Source of the DNA: a virus
Taxonomy: Duplodnaviria > Caudoviricetes
Reading direction: 5' to 3' (one strand)
Virus record (IMG/VR): IMGVR_UViG_3300037195_001443
Span: 1 to 50,755 of that record
DNA: 50,755 nt
This document shows positions 19,501 through 28,260 of the stretch, one piece after another. The notes below the pieces were generated by a model. It searched no databases. It was not told where the DNA came from and saw only the letters and a list, made by a program, of their open reading frames with translations. Made by a program: the position numbers and the translations under genes. Positions within the stretch are counted from its first letter, which is position 1; every line of letters starts with the position of its first letter.

Positions 19501-20172
19501 GTAGTAGGAGGGGCCGCGGTTGCATTGCCACTTGGAACGCTTGCTGGAATTGCTGGAGGTGTAGGAGGTTTATATGGGGGATATAAATTTCAGGATATGT
19601 TTAAAGGGATGGAAAGAGTAAAAGCGATGAGAATAGGCAATCAGAAGATGGCAAAAGGTGCGCAGATGTTTATGTTTCATGGCTTTATGTCTGCATTATA
19701 TGATTTAGTAATATTTAATTTTGACGCTGATTGGGGATCTATGGCTGGTTTAGTTACTGCAATAAAGAGGGCGGGTTGGAAAACTGGGGCTCATAAGGCA
19801 GGACCATCATTTGCACCGCCAGAAATGCGACTTGCATTGGCTTCAATATCTTTATTATTGAAGTGGAAAGATGATGAAGAGGAGATAGATGGGTATGATT
19901 ATGCTAAGTTGATGGGGAGTTATTGGGGTATAGGGTCTATGTTTATAGGTTATCTTATATTAAATATATTATATAAACCTAATAGGATGATGAAAAACGC
20001 TTATAAAAAAGACGAAGACTTTGAACGTAAGGCTACTCAATTATATTCACCGCCATGGATACCACCAGAATATGTAATGGAAGCTAAAACAAAAGTGAAA
20101 AGTGAAATTAATTATCTTATAAATGAATTAACAAAGGCTGATAATCCACATAAGATTGGTGATTTTAGATAA
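16567..20172 (+). CDS. Large internal virion (ejection) protein with C-terminal membrane segments
   Basis: 1201 aa, helical, with a long Gly-rich hydrophobic stretch (GLMGAGVVGGAAVALPLGTLAGIAGGVGGLYGG); last gene of the late arm; true start may be GTG at 16573. Confidence 0.65.
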   Translation: MVVGKCKSLKDSQIEFAESIEADSKYVEGIRDEYGADGGKEEFAGFFGALTDTINGIITGTVKANSPAEQWHIRMETIDRMADSYFSNKDDKEKASIITKLMALSAEDPGMKAAIDNQLQENILSLPYEDLSRRGTPVKFHEGTGKPILATLPLPELRNIMRWVQNDLQPDGPNYGRLGNALYLQFSLSKTALGRIPSKAVIKFKKTIADWRNRLNGEVNTYLSGIDVSEDEDNLLVHPETGVKQINVLKRSKAGINQVMTSLREEMAQGLMNNGQNMISEPDEVFIILRDLMSGKAFFRQDGDHFGEVWMYEREAPVGTYENGDYIFSWVGKKFNMKKEKEYGTSNYVSPYITSTGKHLKFQLKYKNGPMAEHMDSITQHIDRILLEFGENTVAQLDMAQKRWNALNITQEGDKFVVNGKEINIPGSMVGELSQLIETDVGDVKGTMERLDEEGRPVTTEKRNQLLRLKEKISPERNDLVDKDGNKMKTKHYKRYSPILYFNHRIPVIIEEVLNNLNAEIELLQEGADFRSGNSLKDRRANTDRLMEYRKYRDDIQAQMDKNLGLLEDAPYESDDEPKVFAPFEKHFKKVTHLVPYEERRADSGVYQEYFRRVSTNIIRMNMMMDAIDGLVSIDSPIMQEYIWNKYKVAFGQSDAHGRMGGFRFSTQDLAKVLPYVNADQLKKILTNIKQWQVFATLSGPLTGAMNLAAMISKIHEVGVDSWHDAFITSQKPESAERILRSGVLSFQDIIENHLMIHATEQEILSYRETVNEIREKVAKYKNENDPEAIAQMDRILSRVKQTKKITWLRSLATWSIKGEFLKLPHIDRGPTQFIKKIANLKRYISIDWSEKIIRSVSFQIGAKQSVRAGAATSMDDPVAIEWGKRYMDLTDYHLGAENMGDWFGNDAMQLLNHVRIWSNQRFAYGKDSVRDALRSASVPIQDPKNFAEKMVNSSSRGYEFTKALFKVGMPFGLMGAGVVGGAAVALPLGTLAGIAGGVGGLYGGYKFQDMFKGMERVKAMRIGNQKMAKGAQMFMFHGFMSALYDLVIFNFDADWGSMAGLVTAIKRAGWKTGAHKAGPSFAPPEMRLALASISLLLKWKDDEEEIDGYDYAKLMGSYWGIGSMFIGYLILNILYKPNRMMKNAYKKDEDFERKATQLYSPPWIPPEYVMEAKTKVKSEINYLINELTKADNPHKIGDFR

Positions 20173-20207
20173 AAAAAAGGGGGTCCGAATAATCGAAAAC
20201 CCCCTTT
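20171..20207. terminator. Intrinsic terminator between the convergent arms (likely bidirectional)
   Basis: AAAGGGGG…CCCCCTTT stem; A8 on the left gives a U-tract for the - strand, TTTAAT on the right. Confidence 0.8.
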
Positions 20208-20255
20208 AATCCCCACAAAAACGCCATACGCCTTCATATATATATTAATCAATTT

Positions 20256-20624
20256 TTATGTAACATGACCAGTACTATTTAATGGGTCCTGACATTTTAA
20301 ACATAGCATTGTTGTAACATTTTTTAAAGCCATAGTTAATTCCAGCCAATCATCATATGGTATAACTGCATAAGGTGTACCGCGGTCTTCTTTTATAACT
20401 TGTATATCTACATTTTCATTGGGAATAATATAGTTAGGCAGTTTCTTTCTACATTTAGCTTGTACTTTAATTTTCCCTTCAATAAGAAGATCAACTTCTT
20501 CGTGCATCCCTAGACTTTTACCACTACTACCCCAGGCTCTCTGGCAATTCAAACCTATATCTTCAGTCATATCTCTTATAAGGTACTCAAAACGATTCCC
20601 TTTTTGCTTAGATTTGCTAGGCAC
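20256..20624 (-). CDS. Holliday junction resolvase-like PD-(D/E)XK nuclease
   Basis: SKQKGNRFE…VDLLI…VQAKCRKK. Confidence 0.8.
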   Translation of the reverse strand: MPSKSKQKGNRFEYLIRDMTEDIGLNCQRAWGSSGKSLGMHEEVDLLIEGKIKVQAKCRKKLPNYIIPNENVDIQVIKEDRGTPYAVIPYDDWLELTMALKNVTTMLCLKCQDPLNSTGHVT

Positions 20625-20739
20625 AGTTTCCCTCCCTGTAATCTTTAAAGAACATAAATGCTAAAGTAAGACAGAATGCTCCTATACCACTAAAAAAGAT
20701 CCATCCGACAATATCCCAAATAAGATGTATTGTACTCAT
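20617..20739 (-). CDS. Small membrane peptide (40 aa; not in ORF track)
   Basis: GGAGG RBS; MSTIHLIWDIVGWIFLVGIGAFCLTLAFMFFKDYREGNCA; overlaps both neighbours. Confidence 0.6.
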   Translation of the reverse strand: MSTIHLIWDIVGWIFFSGIGAFCLTLAFMFFKDYREGNCA

Positions 20740-20924
20740 TTTTCCTCCTCTTCATATATATAGTCTAAGAGGTCTTGATACTCATCAACTATATTGTTTA
20801 TTTTGTTTTCTATTCTATTAAGTCTTATTGCAATACTGGCAAAATATAATAAGAAAAAAAACATGGTTCCTTCCCAGAAAGGGAAATACTCAACGCTAAA
20901 TAATGCTTCAAGATAATGTTTCAT
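20736..20924 (-). CDS. Small membrane protein
   Basis: TM segment FWEGTMFFFLLYFASIAI plus a short coiled coil. Confidence 0.6.
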   Translation of the reverse strand: MKHYLEALFSVEYFPFWEGTMFFFLLYFASIAIRLNRIENKINNIVDEYQDLLDYIYEEEEK

Positions 20925-21151
20925 ATAGTCTCCTGTAATAAATCTAAAGTCTCACTTAGGTTGTCTTTAATATGTTTAGAATATTGAGAAAATGATATAA
21001 AGAGGTTTTTGTTAGAGGATATAACCATTGACAATTTTGATTCAAGTTTGTTTATTTTAGACTGCTGATTTGATATAATTAATTCTAATTCTAATATTCT
21101 TTCAGCATTTCTTCTATTTAACCATTTTACTCTTTTGCTTTTTTCTATCAT
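20921..21151 (-). CDS. Hypothetical coiled-coil protein
   Basis: AAGGAG RBS; operon packing. Confidence 0.6.
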   Translation of the reverse strand: MIEKSKRVKWLNRRNAERILELELIISNQQSKINKLESKLSMVISSNKNLFISFSQYSKHIKDNLSETLDLLQETI

Positions 21152-21165
21152 AATAAATCTCCTTT

Positions 21166-21210
21166 AAAAAAAAAGGGGCATAATGGAGGGTTGGTTCATA
21201 TTATGCCCCT
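21166..21210 (-). terminator. Intrinsic terminator
   Basis: 11-bp perfect stem AGGGGCATAAT/ATTATGCCCCT followed by a U-tract on the - strand. Confidence 0.75.
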
Positions 21211-21232
21211 AGTGATGGAGGTTAAGAAATCT

Positions 21233-21427
21233 TTAGTTTGCACAGTTAGGACAAATAACCTTTTTTTTACCATAACTAGGAAAGTTTGTATACCATGCAA
21301 ATTTAACACTTTGATAATACTGTGATCTTAAATCTTCCCAGCATTTATTACAAGAAGTACAAAGAAATATGGATTGATCGGCAGTTGGCCCATCTCTTTT
21401 CCATTTATATTTAGTTAGCGGTTTCAC
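21233..21427 (-). CDS. Small zinc-finger protein
   Basis: CTSCNKC…CPNC. Confidence 0.6.
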   Translation of the reverse strand: MKPLTKYKWKRDGPTADQSIFLCTSCNKCWEDLRSQYYQSVKFAWYTNFPSYGKKKVICPNCAN

Positions 21428-22818
21428 TTAGTTAATGAAAATAATGTATCCTTCACTTCTTCTATGTCTGCATTTTCATCAATATGTATATCAATACCAT
21501 CATTTTTAGATACTATCCGAGGATTTTCATGGAATAGACACTTATTACCATCAAAACCCATGTTGATTATCCTAGAAGTCCCAAAACGCACCTTTGCTGC
21601 CACTATCTGGTTAATATCGGGTCCAAGTTCGGATAACTCATAATTCTGCTTATAATCATAATATACGAAGAAAATATTCTCAGCAACTTGTTCAATGGTT
21701 CCGCTTTCTGCAAGATCAGACATTTTAGGTACACTATCATGCCTAATCTCAATATTTCTATTTAACTGTGAAACTAATATTGCGGACATATTGTTTTTCT
21801 TACAGAGTTGTTTATATTCTTTCATAATATAATCAATCTCAAATCTTCTTTGCTCATATTTGTTACCTTCCACCTTAATGAGCTGAATGTAATCATCAAT
21901 AATAACGTCTGGTTTAAATTTATTTATTATAGACAAACCATGAGAAAGAGAAAATATGTCATCAAAAGTCCAGAACTTCCCATTCCAGCAATCTAAAAAG
22001 TGAGAATGCACGCGTTTAATCTCGCTATCATCAATTTTACCTATTTCACCATGCCTTATAGTACCATAAGATAAAGAACCGCTGGATAAGGTAGTGAGTT
22101 TCTTCATTACTTCAGAATTTTTCATCTCTCTATTGAGCATAAGGACTTTATAGCCCCCCTCTAATAGCTTATATACTAAATTAATTACAAATGTTGTTTT
22201 TCCATGTCCTGGCCTACCTCCTACAACTGTAATTTCGCCTCTAGTCATACCGCCAGCAATTCTATCTAGGCTTTTGTAACCAAATGGTATAAGAACTTTC
22301 GGATTAACTATCGAATCGTACGTACTTTCCAGCAATTCTGACAAATCAAACTCTTCTTTTGTATTAATAGTCTGTAAAGTATCAGATAATCTTCCTATAT
22401 GACTCACAATATCATTAAAATCTTCTGTATTATCAAAACAATACCCTTCAATCTTATTTAATTCCTTAATAAAATGTCTTTGGTAATATTTTTCAGCAAC
22501 TATACGGGAATAATCATCAATTTGATGATCTAATCCCATATCAAATAAACCAGAAAGCCAATATCTATCTAAATCTCCATACTTTTCTTTGTCTTTTCTA
22601 GTAAGCAATGCTGAAACAGTAACAATATTTATAGATTGTTCCTTTTTTTCCAGTTTAAGAATAAGTTCCCATGTTTTTCTTGTTCTTTCAGCATAAAACA
22701 TCTTTTTATTGGTAATATATTTCTTAGCAATACCAAGAGTTTCATTATTCTGAAATATAATTGACAACAATCCCTCTTCAGCATCTATAGAAGAGGGAAG
22801 TAATTTAATATTGTCCAT
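21424..22818 (-). CDS. dnaB: Replicative DNA helicase, DnaB family
   Basis: N-terminal PSSIDAEEGLL; Walker A GGRPGHGKT; IIDDYIQL; SQLNR; SDLAESGTIEQVAE; AKVRFG. Confidence 0.95.
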   Translation of the reverse strand: MDNIKLLPSSIDAEEGLLSIIFQNNETLGIAKKYITNKKMFYAERTRKTWELILKLEKKEQSINIVTVSALLTRKDKEKYGDLDRYWLSGLFDMGLDHQIDDYSRIVAEKYYQRHFIKELNKIEGYCFDNTEDFNDIVSHIGRLSDTLQTINTKEEFDLSELLESTYDSIVNPKVLIPFGYKSLDRIAGGMTRGEITVVGGRPGHGKTTFVINLVYKLLEGGYKVLMLNREMKNSEVMKKLTTLSSGSLSYGTIRHGEIGKIDDSEIKRVHSHFLDCWNGKFWTFDDIFSLSHGLSIINKFKPDVIIDDYIQLIKVEGNKYEQRRFEIDYIMKEYKQLCKKNNMSAILVSQLNRNIEIRHDSVPKMSDLAESGTIEQVAENIFFVYYDYKQNYELSELGPDINQIVAAKVRFGTSRIINMGFDGNKCLFHENPRIVSKNDGIDIHIDENADIEEVKDTLFSLTK

Positions 22819-22833
22819 TGAGTCTCCCTTTAT

Positions 22834-23073
22834 TTAGTCAGAACATGATTCACAATTGGAATGTGAACCGTTTTTATAATCATTTTCTGTGATTTTGCTG
22901 GGAATGTCAGCAACTTCACCCACAGCCTTTAATAAAGATTTAATTTCAGGTTTATTAGCGGCATAATTAGGTAAAAAATCAAGTGATTCACGAAGAACTC
23001 TTGCCTCCTGTGTTGTCAGTCCTATTAAGTATTGATGTTTTGGCATTTCTTCTAGGGATGTTACTTTTCTCAT
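22834..23073 (-). CDS. Hypothetical protein
   Basis: ORF track; operon context. Confidence 0.55.
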   Translation of the reverse strand: MRKVTSLEEMPKHQYLIGLTTQEARVLRESLDFLPNYAANKPEIKSLLKAVGEVADIPSKITENDYKNGSHSNCESCSD

Positions 23074-23209
23074 TAGTTATTCCTGTTTTGTTGATAAGGG
23101 AATAATATTCAATAAGATTATGATCTTCTTTCAATTTATTTTCTGCTTCATTGAATGTGATATTATAATCATCAGCAACAGCAATAACTATTTTCTTGAA
23201 TGCGCCCAT
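22988..23209 (-). CDS. Hypothetical protein
   Basis: AAGGGAG RBS; overlaps the downstream ORF. Confidence 0.5.
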   Translation of the reverse strand: MGAFKKIVIAVADDYNITFNEAENKLKEDHNLIEYYSLINKTGITNEKSNIPRRNAKTSILNRTDNTGGKSSS

Positions 23210-23230
23210 GAATTTCTCCCCTTAAAGTGA

Positions 23231-23333
23231 ATGAGCCTGTAAATAAAGCATACCAAAAGTTTTCAAAAACGTACTTAGTTTAGCCAACCAGTTCATTTAT
23301 TAACTTATGTATTCCACTATTTTACAGGCTCAT
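23231..23333 (-). other. Intergenic element closed by a 13-bp perfect inverted repeat (candidate structured RNA or processing site)
   Basis: ATGAGCCTGTAAA (23231-23243) / TTTACAGGCTCAT (23321-23333). Confidence 0.55.
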
Positions 23334-23384
23334 ATATTTGATTAATTGAATTGTAAATAATTCATATTAAGGTGTAGGATTAAC

Positions 23385-24281
23385 TTAATTACTGAGCATT
23401 TTAAATGCACGGAGTTTCGTCTGATTTCCACTTCCAAACATTGAAAAACCATTATCATTTTCTACTTTACTATTGTAATGATCAATATAATCAGTAACAG
23501 TGTTAAACATTCTCCAATTAGAATTATGCATTTCACTTCCATAATTATTATAAATCTCATCGTAAGTATTTACAATATTCTTGCCCCGTGAAGAAAGCAT
23601 AGGAGGTGTCCATGATATTGTTTCCATTTTACCATTAACCTTCTTCTTTATGGGACGCGGTTTATATTCCATTCCATAAAGATCAACAGCAAAATCATGA
23701 GCAGATGAAAATGTTCTCTGTTCAGCCATTTGTTCCATAACAGTAACAATATCTTTCTGTATTTTAGATATTGTTAAAATAGAATCAGTAAATTTCTCAA
23801 TTCTATCCCTGGCATTTCTGGTGTGTTTTACAGACAGGATCATATCTTTTACACTATTGTTTGCCTGTTGGAAAGTATTACTGCACCATATTCTTATAAT
23901 ACCAGTAAAGAATCGAAAAGCAAGAGAACCATCATGCGAATTTGCTAATGTTGCATATCCTTCAACTTTACCATGTTTATCTCCAGGAATAACTGCTTTT
24001 ATAAATTCATCATTTGTAAACTGGACAAAAAGCTGTCTTCCATTCTTAAATGATCCTGATTTTTCAATATTACATCCAAGATCCTCTTTAAGAGTGTTTA
24101 CAACATCAAGGAAAATACTATTTCCTATTGGTTGATAGGTATTTTTACATACATGGAGTACATCGTGAGTATCTGTACGTCTAATTTGATGATAACCATC
24201 TATTTCTATCCCATTTGATGTATATATAGGGTGAGTCATTACATCCCATGAATCAAGGGCTTGTGTTTCTGGTAGGTACAT
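23385..24281 (-). CDS. DUF932-family phage/plasmid protein
   Basis: RRTDT..VLHV…YQPIGN; GSFKNGRQLF; LANSHDGSLAFR…IRIWCSNT; KHT; WRMFNTVTDYIDH; FGSGNQTK.RAF. Confidence 0.88.
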   Translation of the reverse strand: MYLPETQALDSWDVMTHPIYTSNGIEIDGYHQIRRTDTHDVLHVCKNTYQPIGNSIFLDVVNTLKEDLGCNIEKSGSFKNGRQLFVQFTNDEFIKAVIPGDKHGKVEGYATLANSHDGSLAFRFFTGIIRIWCSNTFQQANNSVKDMILSVKHTRNARDRIEKFTDSILTISKIQKDIVTVMEQMAEQRTFSSAHDFAVDLYGMEYKPRPIKKKVNGKMETISWTPPMLSSRGKNIVNTYDEIYNNYGSEMHNSNWRMFNTVTDYIDHYNSKVENDNGFSMFGSGNQTKLRAFKMLSN

Positions 24282-24312
24282 TGTTGTTTTCCTTTCTTAT
24301 TTAATAAAAATT

Positions 24313-24555
24313 TTATGAATATTCTGCGTCTGCTAGCAATATCTGATCAACATTACCAACAATTCTTAAAGATTGACCATCACTTACTCTTATACACCAA
24401 GCTGAAAAATAACTATTTCCAGTACGAGGATATTCAATAATCTTTAATTCAACATTAATTTGATACCATTCATTATCTGTAAGATAAATAAAGTTTATAT
24501 CATCAATAAGAACTCCAAATAAATGATGTTTTATGTTGTCTGAAATAGGTGTCAT
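24313..24555 (-). CDS. Hypothetical protein
   Basis: ORF track; ATGA overlap with the upstream gene. Confidence 0.55.
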   Translation of the reverse strand: MTPISDNIKHHLFGVLIDDINFIYLTDNEWYQINVELKIIEYPRTGNSYFSAWCIRVSDGQSLRIVGNVDQILLADAEYS

Positions 24556-24755
24556 AAATCCCCCAAAGTTATTGGATTAATATTAGGAGGGTCCTTTTCT
24601 TCACCCTCATAAGTAATTTCAATTTCAATTCTTCTTTTAGGCTCCTCTTCTTCATCCTCAATACCATCTGCATGTTCTCTGCATTCTGAACATATATCAT
24701 TATCGGGCCAACCTGGCTCATAAAATGGTGCGCTACAACATTCTGATACTATCAT
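24552..24755 (-). CDS. Small acidic Cys/His-rich (zinc-binding-like) protein
   Basis: SECCSAP…ICSECREH; AAGGAG RBS. Confidence 0.65.
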   Translation of the reverse strand: MIVSECCSAPFYEPGWPDNDICSECREHADGIEDEEEEPKRRIEIEITYEGEEKDPPNINPITLGDL

Positions 24756-24758
24756 TGT

Positions 24759-24920
24759 TTATTTCTCCTTTGTTTTTTCTGGAAGTCTTTTAATTGCTTT
24801 CCTTGCAATCTTTTTAAGAGTTTTTTTACCAGCATCTATTGTAATAATTAAATCCAATGCATCTGCTAATATTTTTATTTTTTGCCAGCATACATCTTCT
24901 GCTTTAACATTCTGGGTCAT
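24759..24920 (-). CDS. Hypothetical basic protein
   Basis: AAGGGGG RBS supports a start at 24920 (MTQNVKAED). Confidence 0.55.
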   Translation of the reverse strand: MTQNVKAEDVCWQKIKILADALDLIITIDAGKKTLKKIARKAIKRLPEKTKEK

Positions 24921-25359
24921 CTTGTATCCCCCTTTTTGTGTCTTTATGGGCAAAACCAGCTCCTAATGGATGATCTTCAACTTCTTCATCTATTAAAGGA
25001 GGATTAGCACCATGTTTACTTAATTCTAATTTCTTACTTCTGCTATAAAAATTATGTTCTTCAATAATCATTTTTTTTAGATAAGAAAAACTCTTTCCAT
25101 CTTTATAATGTTTATGTTTATTATATTTATCTATAGAAAGGTTTACTAGTTTTAAATCTCCATGATCAATTGTATACATTAAAGTGTTCCATTCATTATT
25201 CAGTCTACTAACATTATGAAACTTTAATAAATATTTATATATAGTAATTAATTTTTGTTTTATGTTTGTTGGCAACGTTGCCAGAATATGTCTTACCTCT
25301 ACTTTTTGTGTAGATTTATCTGTGGAATATCCACAAGCAGGACATCTATTAATTGTCAC
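24904..25359 (-). CDS. Hypothetical protein with N-terminal CxxC; possible replication-associated protein
   Basis: RCPACGY; lies between the SSB-like gene and DnaB; function inferred from context only. Confidence 0.5.
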   Translation of the reverse strand: MTINRCPACGYSTDKSTQKVEVRHILATLPTNIKQKLITIYKYLLKFHNVSRLNNEWNTLMYTIDHGDLKLVNLSIDKYNKHKHYKDGKSFSYLKKMIIEEHNFYSRSKKLELSKHGANPPLIDEEVEDHPLGAGFAHKDTKRGIQDDPEC

Positions 25360-25567
25360 TTAAACCAATTCCCCTGTTTCTCATCCATCTATGAAAGTCA
25401 GTAATAAACTGATCGTGTATAAACTTTGTTTCAAATTGGCTGTTTTCATAATCCATTACCCATTCATACATTTCAATCAAATCGCCTCCATGAGTTTCAG
25501 TTAAGACTTTATCAAATTCTTTATAATTAAGGGATCTTCTAACTCTTTCTTCTTTGTCTAATGGCAT
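25349..25567 (-). CDS. Hypothetical protein
   Basis: ATG at 25567 (MPLDKEERV) preferred because the upstream TTG lies inside a hairpin. Confidence 0.55.
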   Translation of the reverse strand: MPLDKEERVRRSLNYKEFDKVLTETHGGDLIEMYEWVMDYENSQFETKFIHDQFITDFHRWMRNRGIGLSDN

Positions 25568-25588
25568 GTGTTTATTTCCAGAAAAAGA

Positions 25589-25660
25589 GGAGAGGCGCAA
25601 TACCTATGTTGTATAAACAACATTATGACATGACATGTGTGCATCGGCTTGCACCTCTCC
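25589..25660 (-). other. Structured RNA element downstream of the SSB-like gene
   Basis: 12-bp stem GGAGAGGUGCAA/UUGCGCCUCUCC (U-G pair on the - strand only) enclosing an ATGTTGT/ACAACAT hairpin. Confidence 0.6.
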
Positions 25661-25671
25661 GAGGTTACTAT

Positions 25672-26286
25672 TTAGAAAGGGACAGAATCTTTATTATTTT
25701 TCGGTTCTCCTTCCCATTTATAAACACCTAATTCCTTAGAGGATGTGCCTTCTTTTAATTCGCCAGCATCATTAGTAAAGGAATAATCATTATGAATAAC
25801 ATCAATAATTACCCTTTTCCCAACAATTTCACTATCATCAATATCAACAGGAAGTTCATATCGTTTCTTCATTTCACCTTTATTGTCTTCCATTTCAACA
25901 ACATTAAAAGGATAGTCAACAGCTTTTAATACTGTACTATAACGGAAATTGCCAGCATCGTTGGGAGTTATATTAGGATCATCGCTCTTTTTCCAAACCC
26001 AAATACTATTGGATTTTACTTCATAACCAACATAATCATCACCAAGAACTTCATTTCCATCAGTATCTTCAAAAGACATGCCTTCATTATCCTCATGTAA
26101 GCGATAACGAAATATATATTTATCAGCCAAATGGGTGACAGTTTTATCATGTCTACTGGTAATCATTTTATCAGTAAGAACTTTATCCACATCAATAACC
26201 ATAGCATACCATTTCCCTTTAGGAATCGGTCCACTTGGTTTTTTCTTATCGTCAGGTGTAAAATAAGTGGTTTCAGTTTTAAACAT
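25672..26286 (-). CDS. Single-stranded DNA-binding protein-like
   Basis: PIPKGKWYAMVIDV, EIVGKRVIIDVIH and C-terminal DSVPF tail; follows the annealing protein. Confidence 0.7.
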   Translation of the reverse strand: MFKTETTYFTPDDKKKPSGPIPKGKWYAMVIDVDKVLTDKMITSRHDKTVTHLADKYIFRYRLHEDNEGMSFEDTDGNEVLGDDYVGYEVKSNSIWVWKKSDDPNITPNDAGNFRYSTVLKAVDYPFNVVEMEDNKGEMKKRYELPVDIDDSEIVGKRVIIDVIHNDYSFTNDAGELKEGTSSKELGVYKWEGEPKNNKDSVPF

Positions 26287-26962
26287 CTTTTTTCTCCTTT
26301 GTTAGTTCATTTTCAAGTTGGGAATACATAAGATCATAATTCATCTTATGGACCTTCCCATTATTTAGGTTTGCTTTTACATTCATTCTGATAGCATCGG
26401 AAGCATTATGTTTATCCATTAAGTCTAAAACTTTTTGGATTTGTTCATCGGTTAGATCAACATCTTGTTTATCATAAACATCATCACAAATATGAGTAAG
26501 TCTATTGATAGCCCGCTTAAAGGCAGCAGTATTTGCACTCGCAACATTTTTATCAACATCAATGATATTATCAGCAGTATGAGGTTGATTTCTTTTGTAT
26601 TGAATACGAACTGAACCAGGAGAAAAGAAGTTTCTTTGAACTCCATGATCATTTATAACAAGATTGCCAGATACTACTACCCATTCACTTCCTAAAAACT
26701 GAACTGGATTATCACCCGCTGGCAGCCATGACCATTCTGGAAAATGAACATCTAATTGCCGACGCATATAAGCTTCATCAACATAATTAAGACCATCTGG
26801 TCTAACTTTTATTTTAACATTCGGAGTATTTGTATCTGAGCGTGTTGTAGCAGAATTTCTGATTAATTCCTGACGTACAGAAAGTTCAAGAATGTCCTGT
26901 GGTACAGGAGGCATTTTTATTGGAACTTCTGTCTTTTTAGGCGGTTGCTTTTTTCTTGGCAT
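26279..26962 (-). CDS. Rad52/Sak-like single-strand annealing protein
   Basis: LNYVDEAYMRRQLDVHFPEWSW…SANTAAFKRA…ICDDVYD. Confidence 0.8.
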   Translation of the reverse strand: MPRKKQPPKKTEVPIKMPPVPQDILELSVRQELIRNSATTRSDTNTPNVKIKVRPDGLNYVDEAYMRRQLDVHFPEWSWLPAGDNPVQFLGSEWVVVSGNLVINDHGVQRNFFSPGSVRIQYKRNQPHTADNIIDVDKNVASANTAAFKRAINRLTHICDDVYDKQDVDLTDEQIQKVLDLMDKHNASDAIRMNVKANLNNGKVHKMNYDLMYSQLENELTKEKKDV

Positions 26963-27167
26963 TATTATTATCCTTTTTATTTAACAAAACTCTTCCAGTA
27001 GCCTTACAATCATCGCAAGGTCCTAAATCTGGTTCATATGTAGGTTCACCAAAACCATCATCTGTAACAAAAAATCCATCCATTACAGTACCAGTACCTT
27101 GACATGTTGGACACATTTCCCCAGGAACAGGTGGCTTAGGCAATATTTCTGGTCTTTCATTATACAT
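26937..27167 (-). CDS. Small DnaJ-type zinc-finger protein
   Basis: CPTCQGTG…CDDCKATG. Confidence 0.7.
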   Translation of the reverse strand: MYNERPEILPKPPVPGEMCPTCQGTGTVMDGFFVTDDGFGEPTYEPDLGPCDDCKATGRVLLNKKDNNNAKKKATA

Positions 27168-27466
27168 TATTCTTCTTCATCCTTAAATTTATCTAATAAT
27201 CCATTCAGTTCATCAATTAACTTTTTTCCAACTAATTCAGTATTATCACGTTCTTTCTTTAAAAGATAATATTCTTCTTCTGCATTGACCCAGGATGCAT
27301 TAGTATCATCTAGTGCAGACAAAGCAATTCCCTTTAAAAAAGCAGGATTTGATTGTTCAGTCGCACGTGCTATTTCTTTTAAGGCGCAACTCATCTTTAT
27401 ACATGTATTAACTAAAATAGAAATCTTAGATTCTATTGATACATGTAAATCTTCATATTTACCCAT
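27167..27466 (-). CDS. Hypothetical protein
   Basis: TAATG coupling on both sides. Confidence 0.6.
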   Translation of the reverse strand: MGKYEDLHVSIESKISILVNTCIKMSCALKEIARATEQSNPAFLKGIALSALDDTNASWVNAEEEYYLLKKERDNTELVGKKLIDELNGLLDKFKDEEE

Positions 27467-28260
27467 TACTTTTTACCTTTCTTTTTTTCTGTTCTAAATT
27501 CAGAATCACAATGATTCCAAAATCTGCAGTATTCTTCCTTACATTCCCAATTACTATAATAAGGAATTAGTTTTTGATTACTAGGAGATTCTTTTTGATT
27601 AGCAATTTCTCCAGCTTTAATCCAATATTCCTTAGCCCACTTAATATATTCATTATCAACATCAATAGTAGCCATTCTAGAATCATCTTTATTATAGAAT
27701 ACTAAACCCATGTAAACAATATTATCACATTCAAATTGATTTTTATCTGTACGTTTACCAAATTTATTTGTTGAACTGCAAATAAGGTTAGCATAAGTAC
27801 CTAACTGAAATTCATAATTATAAGATTGAGGTAATTTATTTCTAGGTTTGCCAGTTTTCTGAGTAAATGACCAGCTTTTAGCAGTTTTGTAATCATATAG
27901 ATAGCCATTCCGAGTTTCTCTGTTAACTAGTAATAAATCAAATGAACCGCCAACATTCAAATAATCATCGTATACATATTCTTCAGTATAAACAACCCAA
28001 TCATTATTACACATTCCCCACCATTTCATAGCAGTTTCCAAGTCATCACCAACAATAGTTCCTAAACGAAATATTCTTAATGTATCATTACCAAAAGGTT
28101 CCCCTTCAAATTCATTTCTTTCGTACCACAGTTTTTTAGCACATAAACCAGCAGATGAAGCAGAAAAGCGACCTTCCTTTAATAATTGGCGTTGTTCAAG
28201 ATGAATCGTATTGGAATGATAGAGGAATTCATTGTATATACTTATAATATTAGGATGCAT
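27466..28260 (-). CDS. Cas4-like PD-(D/E)XK exonuclease with four-Cys (Fe-S) motif
   Basis: SASSAGLCAKK; GSFDLL; YDYKT; QLGTY; C-terminal ECKEEYCRFWNHC. Confidence 0.85.
   Translation of the reverse strand: MHPNIISIYNEFLYHSNTIHLEQRQLLKEGRFSASSAGLCAKKLWYERNEFEGEPFGNDTLRIFRLGTIVGDDLETAMKWWGMCNNDWVVYTEEYVYDDYLNVGGSFDLLLVNRETRNGYLYDYKTAKSWSFTQKTGKPRNKLPQSYNYEFQLGTYANLICSSTNKFGKRTDKNQFECDNIVYMGLVFYNKDDSRMATIDVDNEYIKWAKEYWIKAGEIANQKESPSNQKLIPYYSNWECKEEYCRFWNHCDSEFRTEKKKGKK

Noticed and set aside
27466-28260. Cas4-like gene as evidence of a CRISPR system
   Set aside because: No repeat-spacer array or other cas genes seen; its position beside the annealing protein and SSB fits a phage recombination exonuclease
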